From NCBI GenBank assembly GCA_035446285.1, contig DAOMSJ010000002.1:182592-246591 (forward strand): a DNA stretch of 64,000 bases, written 5' to 3'. Below, in pieces: positions 17,247-25,368 of the stretch (positions are counted from its first letter, which is position 1; each line of letters starts with the position of its first letter). Origin of the DNA: Anaerolineales bacterium (GTDB taxonomy: Bacteria > Chloroflexota > Anaerolineae > Anaerolineales > UBA11579). Below the pieces are notes generated by a model. That model did no database searches. It had not been told where the DNA came from and saw only the letters and a program-made list of their open reading frames with translations. The position numbers and the translations under genes were made by a program.

Positions 17247-17291
17247 GGGTTGGCTTAGGCTTACAGCTAATCGCTAACAGCTATAAGCTAC

Positions 17292-18242
17292 TTAGCTTTT
17301 TTTGACCGGCTCGTCTGGGTTGTTGCGCAGAATATACAGCGGGCGGCCGCGCACTTCGTCGTACAGGCGGCCGATGTATTCGCCAACAATACCGAGCGAG
17401 ATGAGCTGTACGCCGCCGAAGAACAGGACGGCGATGAGGGCGGTGGCCTGGCCGGTGAAGGCCTGGCTGCCCATCAAGCGCGTGACAATGACAACAGGAA
17501 TGGCCAGCAAAGCCACAGCGGCGGAGAGGAAACCAAAATAGGTAGACACCTGTAGAGGGAAGAACGAAAAGCCGGTGATGGCAGTGAGCGCCAGCTTGAT
17601 CATGCGGCCAAGCGTGTAGTTGGTCTCGCCAGCAAAGCGGGCGGCACGGTCATACGAAACACCGATCTGGCGGAAGCCGACCCAGGCCGACATGCCGCGC
17701 AGGAAGCGATGGTGCTCGCGCATGCGGTTGAGCACATCTACCACTTTGCGATCCATGAGGCGGAAGTCGCCAGTGTCGAGCGGAATCTCGATATCGGTGA
17801 TGCGGTTGATAAGGCGATAGAAGGCAGAGGCAGTGAACTTCTTGAAGAAGCTCTCGCCGTCACGCTGGCGGCGCACGGCGTAGACCACCTCGAAGCCCTC
17901 GTGCCATTTTTCGATGAGCTGTGGGATGACCTCCGGCGGGTCTTGCAAATCCGCGTCAATCAAAATGATGGCCGTGCCGCGGGCATAGTCCATGCCAGCG
18001 GTGACAGCGATCTGGTGGCCGAAGTTGCGGGCGAACAGGATCGGGCGAATGTTCTCCGCTTTGGTGGCGTGCTCAAGCAGGATCTCAGCGGTGTTATCAC
18101 GCGAGCCATCATCCACCATGATGAGCTCCCAGGGCTGGCCGAGCGCGTCCATCACCGCGGTAGTGCGGGCAATGAACTCCGGTAGGCTCTCTGATTCGTT
18201 GAACAAGGGTACAACGACGGAATAGGTGGGAACCGTAGCCAT
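17292..18242 (-). CDS. Family 2 glycosyltransferase (polyprenol-phosphate sugar transferase-like, with C-terminal TM helices)
   Basis: Contains YSVVVPLFNE, VDDGSRDNT and IDADLQDPPE (DxD). Two C-terminal TM helices match the DPM1/ArnC-like architecture. I chose the start at MATVPT (18242); the alternative is 18269. Confidence 0.85.
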   Translation of the reverse strand: MATVPTYSVVVPLFNESESLPEFIARTTAVMDALGQPWELIMVDDGSRDNTAEILLEHATKAENIRPILFARNFGHQIAVTAGMDYARGTAIILIDADLQDPPEVIPQLIEKWHEGFEVVYAVRRQRDGESFFKKFTASAFYRLINRITDIEIPLDTGDFRLMDRKVVDVLNRMREHHRFLRGMSAWVGFRQIGVSYDRAARFAGETNYTLGRMIKLALTAITGFSFFPLQVSTYFGFLSAAVALLAIPVVIVTRLMGSQAFTGQATALIAVLFFGGVQLISLGIVGEYIGRLYDEVRGRPLYILRNNPDEPVKKS

Positions 18243-18255
18243 ATAATAGTTGTTT

Positions 18256-18522
18256 ATGGAGAAGGGCAATCAACCCTTAGTGATGGAGTTTATCATTAAT
18301 GGCAAGAGGCTAGCGCTTGCCTTAAGCTACTACGAATCTGAGACTATCATGATTGAAGCCACTAGCCTTAGTGACGGATGGAAAGGCTATCTTCCTGGCC
18401 ATAGTTTTATAACCTTAAAGGGACAAACCGAGGATGGGGAAACAATAGAAGGCAAATATCACTGCGTTGACATCTCGCCAGATAGAGTTGCAATATTAAG
18501 GAGCATTGAACTATGGGATTAA
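18256..18522 (+). CDS. Hypothetical small protein (88 aa), low-GC cassette gene 1
   Basis: An ATG ORF in an AT-rich island. TATAAT at 18242-18247 lies 8 nt upstream. Its 3' end overlaps the next gene by 10 nt. Confidence 0.55.
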   Translation: MEKGNQPLVMEFIINGKRLALALSYYESETIMIEATSLSDGWKGYLPGHSFITLKGQTEDGETIEGKYHCVDISPDRVAILRSIELWD

Positions 18523-19172
18523 ATCTGAAGAGATTCTCAATCTCGCTTAAAAATTCGATCAGTAGCCGACTCAGCCTAATTCTATCCATAATACTTTTCA
18601 GTATTCTGGCTCTTATAATTTATTGGAGTTCTAACAGCGTGGAAGTTGCAGCAACTTCCTTTGCCGCCCTCAGCAGCCTTTTCAGCCTGGTTCAGATAAC
18701 CGAAATACAGAAGCAAAGAGAGGCTTCAGAGCGCCCCTACATTCATGCCTACTTTGACGACGAGTACACCGGAATGCTCGTATTCAAGGTCGTGAATACT
18801 GGGAGTGCCCCAGCTTTGGATGTCAAAATCACCTTTGATCCATCCCCACGTGATTATGCTAATAGGAAGTTGTCGACCATCTCTATTTTCTCAAACCCCA
18901 TTAGCTTCATTCCCCCAGGGAAAGAATATAGACAGTTAGTTATCCAAGGTTTTAATTTTTTCAAAAAACAAAGACGGCGGAAGTTTGCAGTAAAGACTAC
19001 TTATTACTCTGTGAGCGGGAAGAAGTATCAGGAGAATACTGTCCACGATCTTTCATTCCTCAAGCACGCCAATCTTGCCCCCAAACAAACTGATGGCTAC
19101 TTGAAGGACTTAGCGGAAGAACATAAAAAAATAACCCGTGAACTCGCTAGCATTAAGAGCAAGCTAGGCTAA
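18513..19172 (+). CDS. Hypothetical membrane-anchored protein (219 aa), low-GC cassette gene 2
   Basis: Has an N-terminal TM helix (LSLILSIILFSILALIIYW) and a beta-rich central part (MLVFKVVNTGSAPALDVKITFDP). The C-terminus is a basic helix. Confidence 0.6.
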   Translation: MGLNLKRFSISLKNSISSRLSLILSIILFSILALIIYWSSNSVEVAATSFAALSSLFSLVQITEIQKQREASERPYIHAYFDDEYTGMLVFKVVNTGSAPALDVKITFDPSPRDYANRKLSTISIFSNPISFIPPGKEYRQLVIQGFNFFKKQRRRKFAVKTTYYSVSGKKYQENTVHDLSFLKHANLAPKQTDGYLKDLAEEHKKITRELASIKSKLG

Positions 19173-19178
19173 AACTCC

Positions 19179-20120
19179 CTAGTCAAGACTGATCCAAGTG
19201 CCAGTCTCGCCACGCAGGGCACGGGCAATATTGGCCGGGTCTGTGATGAGGGCGTGCTTGCCCCCCGCTTCCACAAAGCGCATGGCCGCCTGAATCTTGG
19301 GCAGCATGCTGCCGGGGGCGAAGTGGCCTTCTTCTATATATTGTTTGGCCTCGGCCACGGTCATACGTTCGAGGGCGCGCTGCTGTGGCGTGTTGTAGTG
19401 CAGCATCACCTGCTCCACGCCGGTGGAGATGAGCAGCAGCTCGGCGTCGATCTCGCCGGCCAGCAGGCTGGAGGCGAAGTCTTTGTCGATGACAGCGGCC
19501 ACGCCTTTGAGCTCCCCACCCTCTTTCACGACGGGGATGCCGCCGCCGCCGCAGGCCACCACCATGAAGCCGCTTTCGATGAGCTGCTGGATGGCGGGCG
19601 CCTCGACGATCTCCTGCGGTTGCGGTGAAGCGACGACCTCGCGCCAGCCGCGGCCAGAGTCTTCGACGACGTGTTTGCCCTGGGCGCGTAGTTGCTGCGC
19701 GGTTTGCTCGTCCACAAAGGAGCCGATGGGCTTGGTGGGGTTAGCGAAGGCCGGGTCGGCCGCATCCACCAAACATTGTGTGACCACTGTGGCAGCGTGC
19801 TTGGTAATGCCGCGTTGGGCGAAGACATTATTGAGCGCTTTCTGGAACATGTAGCCAATCCAGCCTTGCGTCTCGGCCCCGCAGTAATCCAGTGGCACGG
19901 GCGGCAGTTCGGCAGCGGCCAACTCCGAGCGGCGTAGGGCAAAGCCGACCTGTGGGCCGTTGCCGTGGGTGACGACGACATCCCAGCCAGCCTGGATCAT
20001 TTCGGCCACATAGCCCATCGTCTGGCTGGCGGCGGTGTATTGGTCAGCAATGCTTTCTTTGCCCTTTTGTTGAATAAGGGCGTTGCCGCCAACGGCGACG
20101 ACTGCGATTTTTTTGGTCAT
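19179..20120 (-). CDS. arcC: Carbamate kinase
   Basis: MTKKIAVVAVGGNALIQ..., THGNGPQVG and GGGGIPV are hallmark carbamate kinase motifs. Confidence 0.9.
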   Translation of the reverse strand: MTKKIAVVAVGGNALIQQKGKESIADQYTAASQTMGYVAEMIQAGWDVVVTHGNGPQVGFALRRSELAAAELPPVPLDYCGAETQGWIGYMFQKALNNVFAQRGITKHAATVVTQCLVDAADPAFANPTKPIGSFVDEQTAQQLRAQGKHVVEDSGRGWREVVASPQPQEIVEAPAIQQLIESGFMVVACGGGGIPVVKEGGELKGVAAVIDKDFASSLLAGEIDAELLLISTGVEQVMLHYNTPQQRALERMTVAEAKQYIEEGHFAPGSMLPKIQAAMRFVEAGGKHALITDPANIARALRGETGTWISLD

Positions 20121-20390
20121 AGTTGTCTTATCCCTAACGAATCATTTAATGCAAAAGACTTTTCTTTACTGATGTGACACATCTACAAAATGCTTTCATT
20201 TGATATTGTTTTCTTTGCAGGGGCAGCTGCCCCTGCACCCCGCTGGGGGAACCAAAGTTGGTTCCCCCAGTCCCCCTCCGCAAACGTTGAAGTAACGTTG
20301 CATGCAAACCTGACTCCTCTGCGACCCGCGTCGCTGAAGAAGCAACTATTTTCAAGAGGAAAGTTTGCAGAATACAAAGCCTGGCAAAAG

Positions 20391-21779
20391 CTATTCGCCG
20401 TTCACCAGGCGCGTGGCGGCCTGGTTGTGCTGCTCGACCAAGACGGGAAGGTCGGCCGTTTGCAGTTGGCCTTCCTTCACGATGAAGCGGCCGCCCACCA
20501 CGGTGTAATCGGCCTGCACGGGGGCGCAGAAGACGAGGGCGGCCAGCGGGTCATGCAGGCCGCCGGCAAAGCCGAGCTGGTGCAGATTCACGGCGAAGAA
20601 ATCGGCGCACTTGCCGACTTCGAGTGAGCCGATGTCATTGCGGCCGAGCACAGCGGCGCCGCCGCGCGTGGCCAGCTCCAGGGCAGTGCGGGCGGTCATC
20701 AGCGGCGGGGCATCCTCGCCGGAGAGCGAGGCGCCGCGCTGCCCGGCGTCGAGCCGCGCCAGCAGCATAGCCTGGCGCACCTCGGCCAGGAGGTGCGAGC
20801 TGTCGTTGCTGGCCGAGCCATCCACACCCAGGCCGACGCGCACGCCGGCGTTGAGCATCTTGAGCACCGGCGGGATACCGGAGGCCAGGCGCATGTTGGA
20901 GGATGGGCAGTGCGCTACGCCGCAGTTGTGCTGGGCGTACTGGGCAATCTCAGCATCGTTGACATGCACGGAATGGGCATACCAAACATCCGGCCCGAGC
21001 CAATCCATCGTTTCCATCCAGGCCACCGGGCGCATACCATAGTGCTGCTGCGTGTATTGCTCTTCATCCTGCGTCTCAGCCAAGTGCGTGTGCATGTGCA
21101 CGCCGTAGTGGCGCGCCAGCTTGGCCGTCTCGCGCATCAGGTCAGGCGAGACGTTGAACGGCGAACACGGCGCCAGCACCACTTGAATCAGCGCGCCGGG
21201 CTTGGCGTCGTGATAGGTCTCGACCAGGCGGCGGCTCTCGGCCAGCACCTGGGCGTCTGTTTCGACCACGCTGTCGGGCGGCAGGCCGCCCTGGCTCTCG
21301 CCGAGGGTCATCGAGCCGCGCGAGGCTTGCAGGCGCAGGCCCATTTGCAGGGCGGCCTCGATCTGGTCATCCAGGCGCGCACCGTTGGGATAGATGTAGA
21401 GATGGTCGGAGGCGGTGGTGCAACCCGAGAGCGCCAGCTCGGCCAGCGCGGTGCGCGTGGCGACTTTCACATCCTCAGGTGTGAGGCGTGCCCAAATGGG
21501 ATACAGTGTGGTGAGCCAGTTGAACAGATTGACGTTCTGGGCGGCGGGCACGGCGCGCGTGAGGATCTGCACGAAGTGATGGTGCGTATTGACCAGGCCG
21601 GGCAGCAGCACATGGCCGCGCAGATCCAGCACCTCGTCTGCGCTTTGGGGCAGCTCGGCGCTGGGCCCCACGTGTTCAATGAAGCCATCACGGATGAAGA
21701 GGCCACCGTCTTGAATTTCGCGGCGTTGCTCATCCATCGTGGCCATCAGGGTGGCATTGTGTACAAGGAGTGTGCTCAT
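20391..21779 (-). CDS. ATZ/TRZ-family amidohydrolase (8-oxoguanine deaminase / SsnA-like)
   Basis: Contains PGLVNTHHHFVQILTR (HxH), HTHLAET, AHSVH and GVDGSASND. I chose the start at MSTLLVHNATL (21779). Confidence 0.8.
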   Translation of the reverse strand: MSTLLVHNATLMATMDEQRREIQDGGLFIRDGFIEHVGPSAELPQSADEVLDLRGHVLLPGLVNTHHHFVQILTRAVPAAQNVNLFNWLTTLYPIWARLTPEDVKVATRTALAELALSGCTTASDHLYIYPNGARLDDQIEAALQMGLRLQASRGSMTLGESQGGLPPDSVVETDAQVLAESRRLVETYHDAKPGALIQVVLAPCSPFNVSPDLMRETAKLARHYGVHMHTHLAETQDEEQYTQQHYGMRPVAWMETMDWLGPDVWYAHSVHVNDAEIAQYAQHNCGVAHCPSSNMRLASGIPPVLKMLNAGVRVGLGVDGSASNDSSHLLAEVRQAMLLARLDAGQRGASLSGEDAPPLMTARTALELATRGGAAVLGRNDIGSLEVGKCADFFAVNLHQLGFAGGLHDPLAALVFCAPVQADYTVVGGRFIVKEGQLQTADLPVLVEQHNQAATRLVNGE

Positions 21780-22128
21780 AGGGAAGTAATGATACGCCAT
21801 CGTGCGCCAATGCCCAACGCGGCCATTGCTTGACAAAGCTATAGGGCGTTTGTTAGGATTGTGTATAAGTGATTGATTTCACTTGCTAGTCCCATCGTCA
21901 TCGTTTGGCAACAGGCCGCCACGACGTTCAAACTGACGTAATGTGCCCCCATGGGGCGCTTTCCGCCGAGTACGCCGAGCGGCCTTCGTTTTAATTTGCG
22001 CCTGTGCAAACCGGGCGTAAACCTCACATAGGGAATAGGATTTTGAAACCTTCCGGCTTATTTAGTTGTAGGCTAAATGGGACGGGCAACCCTGCGAGCT
22101 ACTCTGTGAGTTACTCTGCGAGTTATAT

Positions 22129-24483
22129 ATGCTGACACCTTTTCTTCTCTTACTTTTGTTGAGTGGCCCGGCGCTGTGGCTGCTGCGCCCGCAACGCTGG
22201 GCACACGGCGGCTGGCTGGCGGCGTTCAGCCCGGCGCTGGTCACCGGCTGGCTGCTGGCGCAACTGGGGCGCGTAGGGCAAGGCCAGATCCTGACCGAGC
22301 AACGTGTGTGGTCAGACGCGTTTGGCCTGGCGCTGGATCTGCGCCTGGATGGGCTGGGCTTGTTCTTTGGCCTCATCGTAGCGGGCATCGGCACGGCGAT
22401 TGCCGTGTATGCCGGCTACTACTTTGAGAAGAACTCACGCCTGGGCTATTTTTACGCACTGCTATTTACGTTCATGACCAGCATGCTGGGGCTGGTGTGG
22501 GCAGATAACCTGCTGGCCTTGTTCGTTTTTTGGGAAGGCACCAGCATCACCAGCTATTTGCTGATCTCCTTCAAGCTGACTGACAAGAATGCACTGGAAG
22601 GCGCGCGCCGCGCGTTCGTGGTGACCGGCATGGGCGCGCTGGCGATGCTGGGCGGCTTCGTGCTGCTGGGCCAGATGGCCGGCACCTATTCGATCAGCGG
22701 GCTGCTGGCGCTGCCCGCCGCCACGCTGACGCAGCACGCGCTGTTCACGCCGATGCTGATACTGGTGCTGTTGGGCGCATTTACAAAATCAGCCCAGTTC
22801 CCATTTCACTTCTGGCTGCCCGGCGCCATGGCTGCCCCTACGCCGGCCAGCGCCTATTTGCATTCAGCCACCATGGTGAAGGCGGGCGTGTATCTGCTGG
22901 CGCGGCTGCATCCGGCCTTCGCCGAGAGCCCGCTGTGGTTCTGGGCGCTGTTGGTGGTGGGCGGGCTGACCATGCTGGTGGGCGCGCTGGTCGCACTGCG
23001 CCACTATGACCTCAAAGCCATTCTGGCCTACGCCACGGTCAGCCAACTGGGCGTGCTGGTGCTGCTGCTGGCCTTCAATACGAAGGTGGCCGTCACCGCG
23101 GCAGTGGTGGGCATTTTGGCGCATGCGCTATACAAAGGCCCGTTGTTCATGGTGGCGGGCATCGTAGACCACGCCACGGGCACGCGCGATATTCGCAAGC
23201 TGGCCGGGCTGGCGCGCAGCCTGCCGCTGGTGGGCGCGGCAGCAATCCTGGCGGGCATCTCGATGGCCGGTATCATCCCTACCTTTGGCTTTGTGGCCAA
23301 AGAGTTGCTGCTGGAGAATTTCTTTACCCTTATCGAAGCCGGGCAGGGACAGTTGGGCTGGGCCGGCCTGGTGGCGGTGGTGATCACCGGGGCGCTGTTT
23401 GTGGCCTATAGCCTCATCCTGCTGTGGGAGGCGTTCCTGCGGCGCAGCTCGCCGCTGAAGCAGGCCACGGTGCACCACGCGCCCTCGGCGGCGTTTGTGC
23501 TGCCGGTGCTGGCGCTCACCCTAGTGGGCGCGCTGATCCCGTTCTTCTTCTCAGCCATCGAAGGCGCGCTGTTCGGCTCGGCGGGCAGCGCCATCCTGGG
23601 CGCGGCGCTGGAGCCGTACCTGGCGCTGTGGCACGGCTGGACGCCGATCTTCCTGACCAGCTTGCTGGCGATTGCCCTGGGTGTTGTGATCTTCACGCAG
23701 CGCGAGGGTATCCGCAAGCTGTTCGCAAAAGCGCCCGAGTTCAAAGGGCAAACGGTGTTTGACGGCACCGTGGACGCGCTGTACCGCCTGGCACGCTGGA
23801 CTACACGCACGGTGCAAGGCTCCAGCTTCCCGACACAGATCAGCATTCCCCTGCTGGCTTCGGCGGGCTTTGTGGCCTACGCCTTGAGCCGCGATTTTGT
23901 GGCTGACCTGCGCGTGGATTGGGCCACCATCCCCACGTTCTATGAAGTGGCCTTGCCGCTGCTGGTGGTAGTGGCCGCGCTAGCGATCGCGCGGGCGCAA
24001 AGCCGCCTGAGCGCCATCATCAGCCTCGGTCTGGTGGGCAGCGTGGTGATGCTCATCTATGTCTTCTTCTCGGCGCCCGACCTGGCGTTGACGCAGTTCC
24101 TGGTCGAAATACTTACCTTGGTGTTACTGCTATTCGTCTTTTATCGCATCCCCCATCATGCGTATCCCAAACAACCCAAACCGCGTTCGTTCAAGTACCT
24201 GCTGGTGAGCCTGGCGGTGGGCGCGTGGGGCTTCGGCATGGCGCTGTTGGCCGCCGGCAAACCGCTGGCACAGACGATCAGCAGCTACTTCTCGCTGAAC
24301 GCTACCGCGGCGCACGGCGGCAACATCGTGAATGTGATCCTGGTGGATTTCCGCGGCTTCGATACGCTGGGCGAGATCAGCGTGATGGTGGTGGCGGCGC
24401 TGGGCGGCTATGCCCTGCTGCGCTCCTCACGCATGCGGCCCATTCCGCCTGACAAAAAATACAAGGAGCGCGGCGATGCCTGA
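22129..24483 (+). CDS. mrpA: Na+/H+ antiporter subunit MrpA/MnhA (with C-terminal MnhB-like domain)
   Basis: 784 aa. Contains FVFWEGTSITSYLLI, KSAQFPFHFWLPGAM and a C-terminal VILVDFRGFDTLGEI. Confidence 0.9.
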   Translation: MLTPFLLLLLLSGPALWLLRPQRWAHGGWLAAFSPALVTGWLLAQLGRVGQGQILTEQRVWSDAFGLALDLRLDGLGLFFGLIVAGIGTAIAVYAGYYFEKNSRLGYFYALLFTFMTSMLGLVWADNLLALFVFWEGTSITSYLLISFKLTDKNALEGARRAFVVTGMGALAMLGGFVLLGQMAGTYSISGLLALPAATLTQHALFTPMLILVLLGAFTKSAQFPFHFWLPGAMAAPTPASAYLHSATMVKAGVYLLARLHPAFAESPLWFWALLVVGGLTMLVGALVALRHYDLKAILAYATVSQLGVLVLLLAFNTKVAVTAAVVGILAHALYKGPLFMVAGIVDHATGTRDIRKLAGLARSLPLVGAAAILAGISMAGIIPTFGFVAKELLLENFFTLIEAGQGQLGWAGLVAVVITGALFVAYSLILLWEAFLRRSSPLKQATVHHAPSAAFVLPVLALTLVGALIPFFFSAIEGALFGSAGSAILGAALEPYLALWHGWTPIFLTSLLAIALGVVIFTQREGIRKLFAKAPEFKGQTVFDGTVDALYRLARWTTRTVQGSSFPTQISIPLLASAGFVAYALSRDFVADLRVDWATIPTFYEVALPLLVVVAALAIARAQSRLSAIISLGLVGSVVMLIYVFFSAPDLALTQFLVEILTLVLLLFVFYRIPHHAYPKQPKPRSFKYLLVSLAVGAWGFGMALLAAGKPLAQTISSYFSLNATAAHGGNIVNVILVDFRGFDTLGEISVMVVAALGGYALLRSSRMRPIPPDKKYKERGDA

Positions 24484-24907
24484 GTTATATCTTGCCCTGC
24501 TTGACCGTATCCTGACCCCCGTGCTGCTGATGCTGGCCGTCATCTTTCTGCTGGCAGGGCACAACGCGCCCGGCGGCGGCTTCATTGCCGGCCTGGTGGT
24601 GGCCACGGCCTTCCTGATGCAAATCATGGCGCGCGGCGATGCGTTTGTGCGCCGCCTCATCGGCCCGTACTTGCAGCCGCTGATGGGCACCGGCTTGCTG
24701 ATCGCCGTGCTATCGGCGCTGGTGGGCATGGGCAACTATGCGCTGTTCTTTGAAGGCGTGTGGTGGAAGTGGAACCTGGGCGACTTTGTGCTGGAGTTTG
24801 GCACACCGACCCTGTTCGACATCGGCGTGTTCCTGGTGGTGAGCGCCTTCGTGACCTCGTATCTATTGGAGCTCAGCCGCCCGGTCAAAGAAGGAGGCCG
24901 TAAATGA
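24476..24907 (+). CDS. mrpB: Na+/H+ antiporter subunit MrpB/MnhB
   Basis: Begins MPELYLALLDR...LLAGHNAPGGGFIAGL. AAGGAG lies upstream and the gene overlaps the mrpA stop. Confidence 0.85.
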   Translation: MPELYLALLDRILTPVLLMLAVIFLLAGHNAPGGGFIAGLVVATAFLMQIMARGDAFVRRLIGPYLQPLMGTGLLIAVLSALVGMGNYALFFEGVWWKWNLGDFVLEFGTPTLFDIGVFLVVSAFVTSYLLELSRPVKEGGRK

Positions 24908-25368
24908 TCGCCTTAGTATTCGCCGGGTTGGTGGCGGTGCTGATGGCCAGCGCGACGTACCTGTTGCTGCAACGCAACCCGGTGCGCATGGTGATCGGTT
25001 TGGGCCTGTTCACGCACGCGGTCAATTTGCTCATTTTTGGCACCGGTGTGAGTGAGCGCGGCCTGCCGCCCATCATCGTGGATAAAGCGGCCTTCACTGG
25101 CGACATCAGCCAGTTTGTGGACCCGTTGCCGCAGGCGCTGATCCTGACGGCGATCGTAATCAGTTTCGGCATTGTGGCTTTCATGATCGCGCTGCTGCAC
25201 CGGCGCAATTCGCTGGAAGCGATCGACGAAAGCTGCACCGACCGCAGCGATGACCCCTTTGCGATGGAACCCGCCCACACGCTGGAGCATGTGGACGAAG
25301 ATTACGAGTGGCTGGAAGATGTCGTGCTGCTCAACGAGCTTAACCCACCCAAACGGAGCCGCCGATGA
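24904..25368 (+). CDS. mrpC: Na+/H+ antiporter subunit MrpC/MnhC (NuoK-like) with an acidic C-terminal extension
   Basis: Three TM helices including the QALILTAIVISF motif. There is an ATGA overlap on both sides. Confidence 0.85.
   Translation: MIALVFAGLVAVLMASATYLLLQRNPVRMVIGLGLFTHAVNLLIFGTGVSERGLPPIIVDKAAFTGDISQFVDPLPQALILTAIVISFGIVAFMIALLHRRNSLEAIDESCTDRSDDPFAMEPAHTLEHVDEDYEWLEDVVLLNELNPPKRSRR

Noticed and set aside
16675-17291. The repeat-dense spacer as a possible CRISPR array.
   Set aside because: The units are heterogeneous palindromic elements of different subtypes with irregular spacing. There are no constant repeat / unique spacer alternation and no cas genes.
21839-22027. 62-aa minus-strand ORF in the mrp upstream region.
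   Set aside because: It has an Arg/Lys/Gly-rich odd composition, no start context and no homolog recognised. The region is treated as a non-coding leader instead (see the finding).
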